A stretch of 51,668 nt of DNA from positions 1 through 51,668 of the forward strand of contig JBHJGN010000028.1 in the NCBI GenBank assembly GCA_050331735.1, in the 5' to 3' direction. Position 1 is the first letter of the stretch. The number at the start of each line of letters is the position of its first letter. Below are positions 29,209 through 38,494 of the stretch, one piece after another. Source of the stretch: Cyanophyceae cyanobacterium. GTDB lineage: Bacteria > Cyanobacteriota > Cyanobacteriia > Cyanobacteriales > JBHJGN01. The notes under the pieces were generated by a model. It saw only the letters and a program-made list of their open reading frames with translations. It was not told the DNA's origin and ran no database searches. The translations under genes and the position numbers were made by a program.

Positions 29209-30807
29209 ATGGCACAGGCACCTGTATCTCCGGTGGTGCTAGTTATTTTAGATGGCTGGGGACATCGTGAAGCTACTGACGCAAATGCCATTGCAGCAGC
29301 TAATACACCAATTATGGATAGTCTCTGGTCTGTCTATCCCCGTACGCTGATTCGCACTTCGGGAAAAGATGTTGGGCTGCCGCAAGGCCAGATGGGAAAC
29401 TCGGAAGTCGGGCATCTCAATTTGGGTGCTGGGAGAGTAGTTCCTCAAGAACTAGTGCGGATTTCGGATGCCGTAGAAGACGGCTCCCTGTTTGAGAATC
29501 CAGCGCTCGTGGAAATTTGCCAGGAGGTCAAAGCGAGAAAGGCTAAGCTCCACTTAATTGGACTCTGTTCTGAGGGCGGAGTTCACTCCCACCTTAACCA
29601 CTTGACTGGGTTGTTAAACCTAGCCAAACTCCACGCGATTACTGATGTTTGTGTACACGCCATTACCGATGGGCGCGATACCAACACAAACGAAGGAGTC
29701 AGCGCTCTGCAAAAAATTCAAAATCACATGGAGCGCGTCGGCGTAGGGCGAATTGCTACCGTTAGCGGTCGCTACTACGCGATGGACCGCGATCGCCGCT
29801 GGGATCGGGTGAAAAAAGCTTACGATGTCATCACTCAAGACGGCACGGGAGACGGTCGTTCCGCCGTTGAAGTGCTCAAAGATTTTTATGCCCAAGACAT
29901 CACCGATGAATTTATTCTCCCCACTCGCACGGCACCGGGAGCCATAGAACCGGGAGATGGAGTGGTCTTCTTTAACTTCCGTCCCGACCGAGCCAGACAG
30001 CTCTGTTACGCCCTACTTTCTCCCGACTTTAATGGTTTTGAGCGTCAACAGGTCCACCCCCTGTCGTTTGTGACCTTTACTCAATACGATCCTAAACTGC
30101 CCGTGGAGGTCGCGTTCAAGCCACAGAATCTTAGCAACATTTTAGGAGAGGTGATTGCTGAACACGGTCTACGTCAGTTCCGCACCGCCGAGACAGAAAA
30201 GTACCCCCACGTGACCTACTTCTTCAACGGTGGTTTAGAACAGCCCTTTTCCGGAGAAGATAGAGAGCTGATTCAAAGCCCAATGGTGCCTACTTACGAT
30301 CTCGCCCCAGCGATGTCCGCCGTCGCTGTGACCGACACCGTCTGTGCCGCGATTGAAAAGGGCATTTATGCGTTTGTCGTCATTAACTACGCCAACACTG
30401 ATATGGTGGGGCATACGGGCAACATTGAGGCCGCAACCACGGCGGCAGAAACGGTTGACCGCTGTTTAGGTCGATTGCTGGAGAGCGTCAATAAAATGGG
30501 GGGGACGGCGCTAATTACTGCCGATCATGGAAACGCAGAAACGATGCGCGACGAAGCTGGTAACGCCTGGACAGCACACACAACCAATCCAGTTCCCTTT
30601 ATTTTGGTCGAAGGAGAAAAGCGAAAAATTCCCGGACACGGAACGGATGTTCAGCTTCGGGACGACGGACGGCTGGCTGATATTGCCCCCACTATTCTAG
30701 ACATCCTTCAGCTTCCTCACCCCCCGGAGATGACCGGGCACTCTTTGATTAAGCCGGTTGGATTTGAAGTCAAAGCCAATCGAACTCCTGTGCGTCTGCC
30801 AATGTGA
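29209..30807 (+). CDS. gpmI: 2,3-bisphosphoglycerate-independent phosphoglycerate mutase
   Basis: ILDGWG, GQMGNSEVGH, GRYYAMDRD, AETEKYPHVT, DMVGHTG, TADHGNAE. Confidence 0.98.
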   Translation: MAQAPVSPVVLVILDGWGHREATDANAIAAANTPIMDSLWSVYPRTLIRTSGKDVGLPQGQMGNSEVGHLNLGAGRVVPQELVRISDAVEDGSLFENPALVEICQEVKARKAKLHLIGLCSEGGVHSHLNHLTGLLNLAKLHAITDVCVHAITDGRDTNTNEGVSALQKIQNHMERVGVGRIATVSGRYYAMDRDRRWDRVKKAYDVITQDGTGDGRSAVEVLKDFYAQDITDEFILPTRTAPGAIEPGDGVVFFNFRPDRARQLCYALLSPDFNGFERQQVHPLSFVTFTQYDPKLPVEVAFKPQNLSNILGEVIAEHGLRQFRTAETEKYPHVTYFFNGGLEQPFSGEDRELIQSPMVPTYDLAPAMSAVAVTDTVCAAIEKGIYAFVVINYANTDMVGHTGNIEAATTAAETVDRCLGRLLESVNKMGGTALITADHGNAETMRDEAGNAWTAHTTNPVPFILVEGEKRKIPGHGTDVQLRDDGRLADIAPTILDILQLPHPPEMTGHSLIKPVGFEVKANRTPVRLPM

Positions 30808-30987
30808 TGGCTCTCTATTAATAGGCGGTGAGGAAAACAAGCTGTGGCGAGGAGCCAGAATTAAATTGGTTACTTTAACGGCACGGTAGCTCCTCCCAGA
30901 AGAATTTTCGCCGATGTTCGGGCACAGGTAGGTCAAAATGTTAATATCGCTGTAGTCAGCCTGATACTGTCTCTTGAACTGTCATCC

Positions 30988-31218
30988 ATGAAAATCGATC
31001 AGCTTATTCAAATTATTTGGGTCGCTTCTGCCGTTTTGCTTATCGTGCTAGTGTTGCTGCACTCTCCCAAAGGAGACGGCATCGGCGGCATCGGTGGACA
31101 GGCTCAACTGTTTACCAGCACCAAAAGTGCTGAGAAAACCCTAAACCGCGTTACCTGGGCACTCAGCATTACCTTTATTAGCTTGACCATCGTTTTAAGT
31201 GCCGGCTGGTTGGGGTAA
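30988..31218 (+). CDS. secG: Preprotein translocase subunit SecG
   Basis: VLLHSPKGDGIGGIGG..FTSTKSAEKTLNRVTW; gpmI-secG synteny. Confidence 0.96.
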   Translation: MKIDQLIQIIWVASAVLLIVLVLLHSPKGDGIGGIGGQAQLFTSTKSAEKTLNRVTWALSITFISLTIVLSAGWLG

Positions 31219-32071
31219 AAAACATCGGACAGCGCTAAGAAGCTGGTGGCGAAAGCGACGAATTGTCCTGATTGGAGTCGCGCTAGCTACCAGCATTATG
31301 GCTGTGGGGTGGCCGGCACCAGGAAGCGCCTACTATTCTGCTGGAGTCTCTATGGGCCTCAAGCAAGCTCAAACGACCTTGCCTACCTTGCAAAGTCATC
31401 CTTTACCCCCGTCTCTGGCTCAATGGCAGGCGACGGAAGAAAACTATTTTTCTGCGGTAGCATCTACTCCCGTTGGCTATCTGATCTGGTCGGAGTTTCC
31501 CGTTAAAGTTTACTTAGAGCGCCCCCCGCTGACCAATGCAGCAGCCAGCACCCAACGTTTTCAGCAGTGGGTAGACGCGGTCCAGTCGGCCATACAGGAA
31601 TGGAATCGCTATTTCCCCTTGGTAGCAGTAGAGCAACCGGAAATAGCAGATATTGTGATTGAGCGATCGCACCCTCCTCGCAAAGTCACCGTCAGAGAAG
31701 ATGGTCTCCTAAACATTCCTCGCGCTCGCTCGGCGCAAACTACCTATAGGTTTTATCTCCAGCAGTCTATTCTGTCTCATCGGATGTTGATTCAGATTCG
31801 TCCTGGACAAAGCCCTGCTGCTACCCAAGCAACCGCTCGTCACGAACTCGGACATGCCCTCGGAATTTGGGGACATAGCCCGTCGCCCAGCGATGCTCTC
31901 TACTTCTCTCAAGTCCGCGATTCTCCAGCAATTTCCCCTCGAGACATCAATACCCTCAAGAAAATCTACCAGCAGCCGACTCGACTCGGTTGGAAACTTA
32001 AGACTAAGTCGCTCCGCGACGGGGAAAAGGAGAAAGGGAAATCTGTCCCTCCGGGACGGGGAAGGGGATAA
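31199..32071 (+). CDS. Zinc metallopeptidase (matrixin/M10-like)
   Basis: HELGHALGIWGHS zinc-binding motif; N-terminal signal/anchor; C-terminal tail is repeat-derived. Confidence 0.85.
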   Translation: MPAGWGKKHRTALRSWWRKRRIVLIGVALATSIMAVGWPAPGSAYYSAGVSMGLKQAQTTLPTLQSHPLPPSLAQWQATEENYFSAVASTPVGYLIWSEFPVKVYLERPPLTNAAASTQRFQQWVDAVQSAIQEWNRYFPLVAVEQPEIADIVIERSHPPRKVTVREDGLLNIPRARSAQTTYRFYLQQSILSHRMLIQIRPGQSPAATQATARHELGHALGIWGHSPSPSDALYFSQVRDSPAISPRDINTLKKIYQQPTRLGWKLKTKSLRDGEKEKGKSVPPGRGRG

Positions 32072-32172
32072 AGGAGCACCCTTTACAATTCCTTCCTTTC
32101 CCCCTTACCCCTTCCCCGTTGCGCAGCAGCTATTTTCCTATCGCGGAGCGACTGATGGGCTCTTTTCCCCGC
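32008..32172. repeat. Inverted heptamer array with GNA-loop mini-hairpins
   Basis: Purine-rich arm 32008-32074 (gtcgctccgcgac, gtccctccgggac) and pyrimidine-rich arm 32090-32172 (gttgcgcagcagc, tcgcggagcga). Confidence 0.75.
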
Positions 32173-32306
32173 GCCAATAGCGTGTTCCCTTTCTACCTGT
32201 AGCCAGAGACGGTCGTTTGGTCGCTCTTGTCATAATACAAAGCATCAATAGTTTAATTGAGACGACGAACTACTCTAATCGTCTTGTCAAAGTTTTAGTG
32301 AGAGCC

Positions 32307-33884
32307 ATGAATCAAACAGAAGCCGTTGTCGCCCAGGTCAACGATTTACAGGACGGACAGATGCAGCTCGCCTCGGTAGGGGAAACAAAAGTCCTGTTAG
32401 CGAAAGTTGGAGGAAACTTTTACGCTGTTGGGGCATTCTGCACTCACTACCAAGCCCCCTTAACCAATGGAGCGCTCAGGGGCGATCGCGTGATCTGTCC
32501 TTGGCATAACGCCTGCTTCAATGTCGTCACAGGAGATCAGGAGAATCCGCCTGGGTTAGATTCGTTAGCTCGCTACGACGTACGGATCGATGGCGAAGAT
32601 GTGATTGTACGTGTCCCCACCCAGACAACCGGACGACGTACGCTGCCGATGGCGCAACATAACCCAGACGCTGACGGACGCACCTTCGTTATTCTCGGTG
32701 CCGGGGCTGCCGGAACTCATGCCGCCGAAGCCCTGCGCCAAGAGGGATTTGAAGGGCGAGTGGTAATGGTGACGAAAGAAGATAAACTGCCCTACGACCG
32801 CACCTGGCTGAGCAAAGACTACTTTACTGGCAAGGTTGAGAAAGAAGATTTACCGCTGCGATCGCCAGAATTTTATCAGCGCCACGATATCGAAGTCCTG
32901 CTCAATCAGACGGTGTTGCGCGTGGAGGTAGCGAACAAAAAAATCTTCTTGAGCGATGGTGAACTGAGCTATGATGCTGTATTGGTCGCAACCGGCGGAA
33001 AAGTAAATCAGCTACCGATGGACGGCCAAGAGTTGCAAAATGTGTTTACTCTGCGCAGCTTTGCGGACACCGAGAAAATTCTGGCTGCTGCCCAGTCTGC
33101 CAAACAAGCTGTGGTAGTTGGCTCCAGCTTCATTGGCATGGAAACGGCAGCAGGTTTGACTAAGCATGGCGTCAAAGTTACGGTGGTTTCCCCTGAATCT
33201 GTGCCCTTTGAGCCAATCCTGGGAGCGGAAATCGGTAAGCTCTTTCAAGAAATTCACGAAGAGAACGGAGTCTCCTTTCAACTGGGAAGAAAAGCCAGTG
33301 GGTTCGTCGGAGAGCAGCATGTAGAAGCCGTCCTTCTTGACAACGACGAACGGCTCGAGGCCGATTTGGTGGTTGTGGGCATCGGGGTCAAGCCAGCCAC
33401 AGAATTTTTGGAGGGCATCGAACTGCAAGAAGATCAAAGTATCAAGGTTGATAAATCTCTGTGCGCTGCCGATGGACTGTATGCTGCTGGAGACATTGCC
33501 ACCTATCCTACGCATACTGGAGAACCAACTCGTATTGAACACTGGCGCGTGGCTGCTGCCCAAGGTCGTGTCGCCGCGGCGAATATGACTGGATTGACAG
33601 TAGAGTATCAAGACGTCCCGATCTTTTGGACAATGCAGTTCAAGTTTCCCCTTCGCTACGTCGGACACGCTGATGAGTGGGATGCAGTGATTGTTGATGG
33701 CAAGCTGGAAGAACGGCAGTTTATTGCCTACTACATTAAATCCGATCGGGTCGTTGCTGCGGCTAGCAGCAAGCGAGATACCGAAACCGCCGCCATTTAC
33801 GAACTCATGCGTCTCCAGCAGATGCCGATACCAGCGGAATTGCGTCAGGGATCTGTAGATTTAGTAGCGCGCCTGCAAGCTTGA
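32307..33884 (+). CDS. Rieske [2Fe-2S] plus FAD/NAD(P)H oxidoreductase (AIF3-like ferredoxin-reductase fusion)
   Basis: CTH...CPWH Rieske ligands; GAGAAG, ATGG, GSSFIGME, YAAGD, RIEHW; start moved to ATG 32307. Confidence 0.92.
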   Translation: MNQTEAVVAQVNDLQDGQMQLASVGETKVLLAKVGGNFYAVGAFCTHYQAPLTNGALRGDRVICPWHNACFNVVTGDQENPPGLDSLARYDVRIDGEDVIVRVPTQTTGRRTLPMAQHNPDADGRTFVILGAGAAGTHAAEALRQEGFEGRVVMVTKEDKLPYDRTWLSKDYFTGKVEKEDLPLRSPEFYQRHDIEVLLNQTVLRVEVANKKIFLSDGELSYDAVLVATGGKVNQLPMDGQELQNVFTLRSFADTEKILAAAQSAKQAVVVGSSFIGMETAAGLTKHGVKVTVVSPESVPFEPILGAEIGKLFQEIHEENGVSFQLGRKASGFVGEQHVEAVLLDNDERLEADLVVVGIGVKPATEFLEGIELQEDQSIKVDKSLCAADGLYAAGDIATYPTHTGEPTRIEHWRVAAAQGRVAAANMTGLTVEYQDVPIFWTMQFKFPLRYVGHADEWDAVIVDGKLEERQFIAYYIKSDRVVAAASSKRDTETAAIYELMRLQQMPIPAELRQGSVDLVARLQA

Positions 33885-33892
33885 CTAACGGG

Positions 33893-33912
33893 GGACAGGC
33901 GATCACCTGTCC
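33893..33912. terminator. Hairpin between convergent genes
   Basis: ggacagg-cgatca-cctgtcc. Confidence 0.45.
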
Positions 33913-34013
33913 AATCGAGAGAGGATTGAATCAATGAGCGCTCTGTTGGACTTGTCGCTGTACAATTCTTTCAGCAAGAGAGACAAAATTCTCCTCGTTC
34001 TCAGGAGAAGCTC

Positions 34014-34904
34014 CTACGGGTGAATCGTGCCATCGGGCATAATTGTCTTCTGAAGCTTCGCTTTGTTGAAGGTTGCTTCTTTAATATCAGCCTTCTGCAA
34101 GTTTGCTCCGCTAAGATCTGCTCGGCTCAGGTTGGCACCTCTGAGGTTTGCGCCTCTTAAATCAGTGCTTTGAAGACTCGCACCTTTAAGATTTGCTCCT
34201 CGTAAATTGGCCTCAATTAACTGAGCGCCTCTAAGATCTGCTTGACTTAGGTTAGACCATCTCAGATTAGTTAAATACAGATCAGCCTCCAACAAATCAG
34301 CCTCAAATAGATACGCTTTGCTGAGATATGCTGCTACTAAATTCGCTCGCTCTAGGTTAGTTTTATACAAAAAAGCTCCTAAAAGTTCCGCTTCATAAAG
34401 GTTAGCGTTCCTTAGATCCGCTTCACTAAGGTTCGCTTCGGTTAAATTAGCGGCACTCAAATTTGTGCGGTTGAGTTTTGCTCCTCTAAGATCGGCTTCT
34501 TTGAGATTGGCTTCTCTTAGAGTCGTAGCAATCAGGTTAGCGTTACTCAGATTCGCCCCTCTTAAGTTGGCCCGTTTTAGCTCAGCGCCAATGAGATTCG
34601 CAAAGCTCAAATCGGCTTCCACTAAATAAGCTCCCGTCAGATCTGCCGTACTGAGATCGGCATTTTGGAGATTCGCGTCAATCAGTTGAGCTTCTTTGAG
34701 GTTAGCACTATTAAGATGAGCGGCCACTAAACTAGTCTCGCACAGATCAGCTCTGCCTAGATCAGCCCCCGACAAATCTAGCTTTTCCCAACGACGCCCG
34801 CTTAGATTAGCGTCCCTTAAATCTGGTGTTTGAGGAGCGCTCTTTCTCCATTCCGTCCATCTGTCCTGATTTCTCAGCAAAGTGAGATGTTCTCGATTCG
34901 CCAT
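34014..34904 (-). CDS. Pentapeptide repeat protein
   Basis: Long A(D/N)Lxx array after MANREHL..W..WR; ends TIMPDG. Confidence 0.95.
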   Translation of the reverse strand: MANREHLTLLRNQDRWTEWRKSAPQTPDLRDANLSGRRWEKLDLSGADLGRADLCETSLVAAHLNSANLKEAQLIDANLQNADLSTADLTGAYLVEADLSFANLIGAELKRANLRGANLSNANLIATTLREANLKEADLRGAKLNRTNLSAANLTEANLSEADLRNANLYEAELLGAFLYKTNLERANLVAAYLSKAYLFEADLLEADLYLTNLRWSNLSQADLRGAQLIEANLRGANLKGASLQSTDLRGANLRGANLSRADLSGANLQKADIKEATFNKAKLQKTIMPDGTIHP

Positions 34905-34942
34905 TGGAAGTCTCCTATATCACTCAGCCACGACGCGACCAG

Positions 34943-35581
34943 TTACTCTTTTTTCCCAGCGGAAGATTCGCGCCCAGCGACACTTTCGATCGCCGTGAGA
35001 GCAGCAGCCGAGCCAGCAATAATATCGCGTTCTTCCCCGCCTAAATAAAGACGACCAAAGCTGCCGACAGCCTGCACCGTGAGGATGTTAATCAAAGCCG
35101 CTTTCTCGGCTTCGTTAGCAGCTAAAGCCGCATAGGCAGCCGGCTGAACTTCTAATACATAAAGAGATTCACCCGCCAAGAGCATCTGCCCGCGTCGGTT
35201 CCGGTTAATGAGCTGCGCCTGATACGGATCAATATTGCGGATAATCTGGCTAGAAATCACTCTCGGCTTGAGGCATTCGCGCTGATCGACTCCTAGCGCT
35301 GCTAAGATTGCCTTCCCCGCCGCTCGGGTTTCGCCCTGTCTGCTGGAATGAATTTCTAAGAGGCCGTAGAGCCTTTCAACAAACTGTACGCCTGGGCGCA
35401 CCACCGCCGCTTTAAGAGCGACATCGGTAATGCGGTTAATTTCGATGCCAGGAGAAATTTCAATCCATAGAGAAGCATCGCCCGGAAGAGGCAAAAACCC
35501 GAGCGCCACCGTCCCAATGTACGACGCATGCTGAGGCTGTAAGCGATCTAGATATACGTAACTGCGCAGTTCTACGCCCAA
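34943..35581 (-). CDS. ccmP: Carboxysome tandem-BMC shell protein CcmP
   Basis: [56 protein letters not shown]. Confidence 0.9.
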   Translation of the reverse strand: MGVELRSYVYLDRLQPQHASYIGTVALGFLPLPGDASLWIEISPGIEINRITDVALKAAVVRPGVQFVERLYGLLEIHSSRQGETRAAGKAILAALGVDQRECLKPRVISSQIIRNIDPYQAQLINRNRRGQMLLAGESLYVLEVQPAAYAALAANEAEKAALINILTVQAVGSFGRLYLGGEERDIIAGSAAALTAIESVAGRESSAGKKE

Positions 35582-35953
35582 AGTTTAAATCTCCGTCCAG
35601 TCAAAATGAGAGGTCCAACGCCTTTTGAGTTTACCGTTAATTGCTGACCTCTTACAAAGAGGCAAACCCTCGTCGATCAGGCTTTTGCACAGCAAAAAAA
35701 ATAGCCAAGCGAGGACGTTTCTTTGATGAGCGATAGCGATACAGCAAGGCTGGAAATGTTGCCGCTCGCAAGGGCATAATCAAGCTGAAAAGCTGACTGT
35801 TCCCAGAAAAGAGCGCTAGGCAAAGGACAACAGGTAGCAGGAGTTTCTGCTTTCTTTGCCTGTCTATCCTGTCCTTCTCCTTAATTATGCACAGCGACTT
35901 ACTCGAGTTCCGCAGTAAATTAGAAGTAGGAGCACTAGGTCTGGAGAGGAGAG

Positions 35954-37318
35954 ATGGGAATCGCTACAGTTAACCCAGCAACAGGAAAAACTTTAAAAAC
36001 CTTTAAGCCGCTCGCACAGGAGGAAGTTGAAGCGAAGCTTAGTCTAGCAGCGTCTAGCTTTGAACAATATCGATGTCTGCCGCTAACGCAGAGAAGCGAA
36101 TGGCTGCATCAAGCGGCAGATATTCTAGAGCGAGATGCAGTAAAATTTGGCAAAATCATCACCACAGAAATGGGAAAGCCGCTCAAAAGCGCGATCGCTG
36201 AAGTGCAAAAATGTGCGTGGGTGTGCCGCTACTATGCCGATAACGCTGCCGATTTTCTCGCTGATGTTCCGGCGGTAACGGATGCCAGTCTGAGTTTCGT
36301 TCGCTACCAGCCGTTGGGACTCATCCTCGCCGTGATGCCCTGGAATTTTCCGTTTTGGCAGGTATTTCGCTTTGCAGCTCCTGCTTTAATGGCGGGTAAC
36401 GTCGGCCTGCTTAAACACGCTTCTAACGTTCCTCAGTGTGCCTTGGCGATCGCCGCTATTTTCCAAGAGGCAGGCTTCCCGGAAGGCGTATTTCAAACCT
36501 TGTTAATCGGTGCAGACCAAGTAGCAGCGATTATTCAAGATGAGCGAGTTAAAGCCGCCACGCTCACCGGCAGCGAACCTGCTGGAGCCAGTTTAGCCGC
36601 CGCTGCCGGAAAACATATAAAAAAAACGGTGCTGGAATTGGGAGGCAGCGATCCGTTTGTGGTTTTAGAAAGTGCAGATTTAGAAGCGGCTGTAGCCACG
36701 GCAGTCACGGCAAGAATGCAAAACAACGGACAGTCCTGCATTGCAGCCAAGCGCTTTATCGTTGTGGCAGCAGTGGCCGATGAGTTTGAACGTCGCTTGC
36801 TGGCCAAATACAAAGAACTAAAAGTGGGCGAGCCAATGGATGAGCACACCGATATTGGTCCGCTCGCCACGCCCTCAATTCTTGAAGAGTTGGATGGCCA
36901 GGTCCACAAAACGGTGACGATGGGAGCCAAAGTGCTCATCGGCGGCATCAGGAGCGATCGCCCGGGTAACTTTTATCCGCCCACGATTCTCACGGAGATT
37001 CCGGCTGGCTCTCCGGCTGAGAGCGAAGAATTTTTCGGCCCCGTAGCGCTTTTGTTTCGAGTGGCCAACCTGGATGACGCCATTGCGCTGGCCAATCAAT
37101 CTGTCTTTGGATTGGGGGCTAGTGGCTGGACAAACAATGAGCACGAACGCGATCGCCTCATCAACGAACTCGAAGCCGGAGCCGTCTTCATCAATGAACT
37201 CGTTAAATCCGACCCCCGCTTACCCTTCGGCGGCATCAAGCGTTCTGGATATGGTCGAGAATTGGGCATCTACGGCATTCATGAGTTTGTTAACATCAAA
37301 ACGATTTGGGTGAAATAG
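35954..37318 (+). CDS. gabD: NAD(P)-dependent succinate-semialdehyde dehydrogenase
   Basis: MPWNFPFWQ, LKHAS, LTGSE, LELGGSDP, NNGQSCIAAKR, EEFFGP, PFGGIKRSG. Confidence 0.88.
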   Translation: MGIATVNPATGKTLKTFKPLAQEEVEAKLSLAASSFEQYRCLPLTQRSEWLHQAADILERDAVKFGKIITTEMGKPLKSAIAEVQKCAWVCRYYADNAADFLADVPAVTDASLSFVRYQPLGLILAVMPWNFPFWQVFRFAAPALMAGNVGLLKHASNVPQCALAIAAIFQEAGFPEGVFQTLLIGADQVAAIIQDERVKAATLTGSEPAGASLAAAAGKHIKKTVLELGGSDPFVVLESADLEAAVATAVTARMQNNGQSCIAAKRFIVVAAVADEFERRLLAKYKELKVGEPMDEHTDIGPLATPSILEELDGQVHKTVTMGAKVLIGGIRSDRPGNFYPPTILTEIPAGSPAESEEFFGPVALLFRVANLDDAIALANQSVFGLGASGWTNNEHERDRLINELEAGAVFINELVKSDPRLPFGGIKRSGYGRELGIYGIHEFVNIKTIWVK

Positions 37319-37461
37319 GTTGGCAGTGAAGCACTTGCCCCCTCGATTTTTCTTGGAGGCTGTTTGCTCTTTTTTAACTAATATTCATTATCGACATCAA
37401 AAATACTGTGTCTCAACAGATCAACAGTGCTCCTCTTGACGTGCCTTGCTTACTGTTTGAC

Positions 37462-37551
37462 TCAACGGCTCTCTGGTAACGGATAAAGAGTTACCTGCTC
37501 TAAAAACGCTTTGAGATGACGAGCAGCTTCCTCAACGCTGACTTTAGACAT
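37462..37551 (-). pseudogene. Probable truncated Phd/YefM-type antitoxin remnant
   Basis: Hand translation MSKVSVEEAARHLKAFLEQV then TLYPLPESR*; the first 20 aa resemble a Phd N-terminus, but the expected GEEVII continuation is missing. Confidence 0.4.
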
Positions 37552-37754
37552 TGAGTTGGGTTGAGAAATAAAAATTGAAATTTGTCAAGCCTATCTCATT
37601 GAGCTTACCCGGTAAGTATCATTCTAAACAATTGCTATTTTGAATTAGCCCTCTTCCGCTACCCCCTTAAACCATTTCTCTAAAGCTGGTAGAGCTTTGA
37701 ACCACGCCTTATTGGTCTGATAGGATTGACGGTAACCTAATCGGCTGACAGACT

Positions 37755-38330
37755 ATGGCAATTACAACTGGGCGGCTGACCCTTGACGACTACCTCATAC
37801 CATTTACCGAAAGTAGTGAGATAGTTCTCCTAGCTAACAAAGAGTTGGCTCTTAAAAGGGAAAGGCTTGCTGTGTTTACCTTTCCCCCTGACCTTTTCCC
37901 CAACGGAATTAAGCGATTAGGGCGAGACTGGGCGACAAAACAGATGGTTATCGGCATCCAATCCCCACGAGGCGATCGCTGGGATACTGTTCGCATTCCA
38001 GACGTGGTTGTTTTACCCCTTGATCAGTGGCGCGAGCTTCAAAATCGGGAGGCGGTTATTCGCCTTGGTGAGCCACCACCACTGCTTATCGTAGAAGTTG
38101 TAAGCGAATCAACCAGAGGAGTTGACTATCGAGCTAAGCGAGCTGAGTATAGTGTTCTTGACATTCCTGAGTACTGGATTATCGATTCGCTTTCTGAGCA
38201 GGTCACTCTCCTCACGCTGACTGAAGGATGGTACGATGCTCAGGAGTTTACAGGAAGTGACGTTGTGCGATCACCGACGTTTCCTGACCTTGCTCAATCT
38301 GTAGAAGAAATCCTGAAGGGGGAGTTGTGA
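37755..38330 (+). CDS. Uma2 (DUF820) PD-(D/E)xK endonuclease-family protein, chimeric with a MITE and possibly inactive
   Basis: RIPDVVV, LIVEVVSES, DYRAKRAEY, IPEYWIID; codons 15-50 are MITE sequence replacing the usual YELxxGxL..MPP..H segment. Confidence 0.8.
   Translation: MAITTGRLTLDDYLIPFTESSEIVLLANKELALKRERLAVFTFPPDLFPNGIKRLGRDWATKQMVIGIQSPRGDRWDTVRIPDVVVLPLDQWRELQNREAVIRLGEPPPLLIVEVVSESTRGVDYRAKRAEYSVLDIPEYWIIDSLSEQVTLLTLTEGWYDAQEFTGSDVVRSPTFPDLAQSVEEILKGEL
37797..37904 (-). mobile_element. MITE copy D, truncated, inside the Uma2 ORF
   Basis: ataccatttaccgaaagtagtgagatagtt...ttttccccaac aligns with copy B; the last ~40 bp are missing. Confidence 0.85.
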
Positions 38331-38494
38331 GGGCTAGCGTAGCTCCCGTTCGCGCAGTCTTGCACTGTCAAAGCCTGTTTGTCATCTGATAGAAGCGGTG
38401 GTGAATCAGCACTGTAGTCAATTAAATAAAGCTCGGTTGTACTGTTACTATAGCTAACTTTAAAATGCGATCGCCTTGTGAAGATTCTGCTTGA

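Noticed and set aside
33012..33668. Long antisense ORFs (also 24167-24649 and 36535-36948)
   Set aside because: Fully antisense to well-supported genes, with no motifs
34014..34904. 15-bp periodicity as a DNA repeat element
   Set aside because: Explained by pentapeptide-repeat coding
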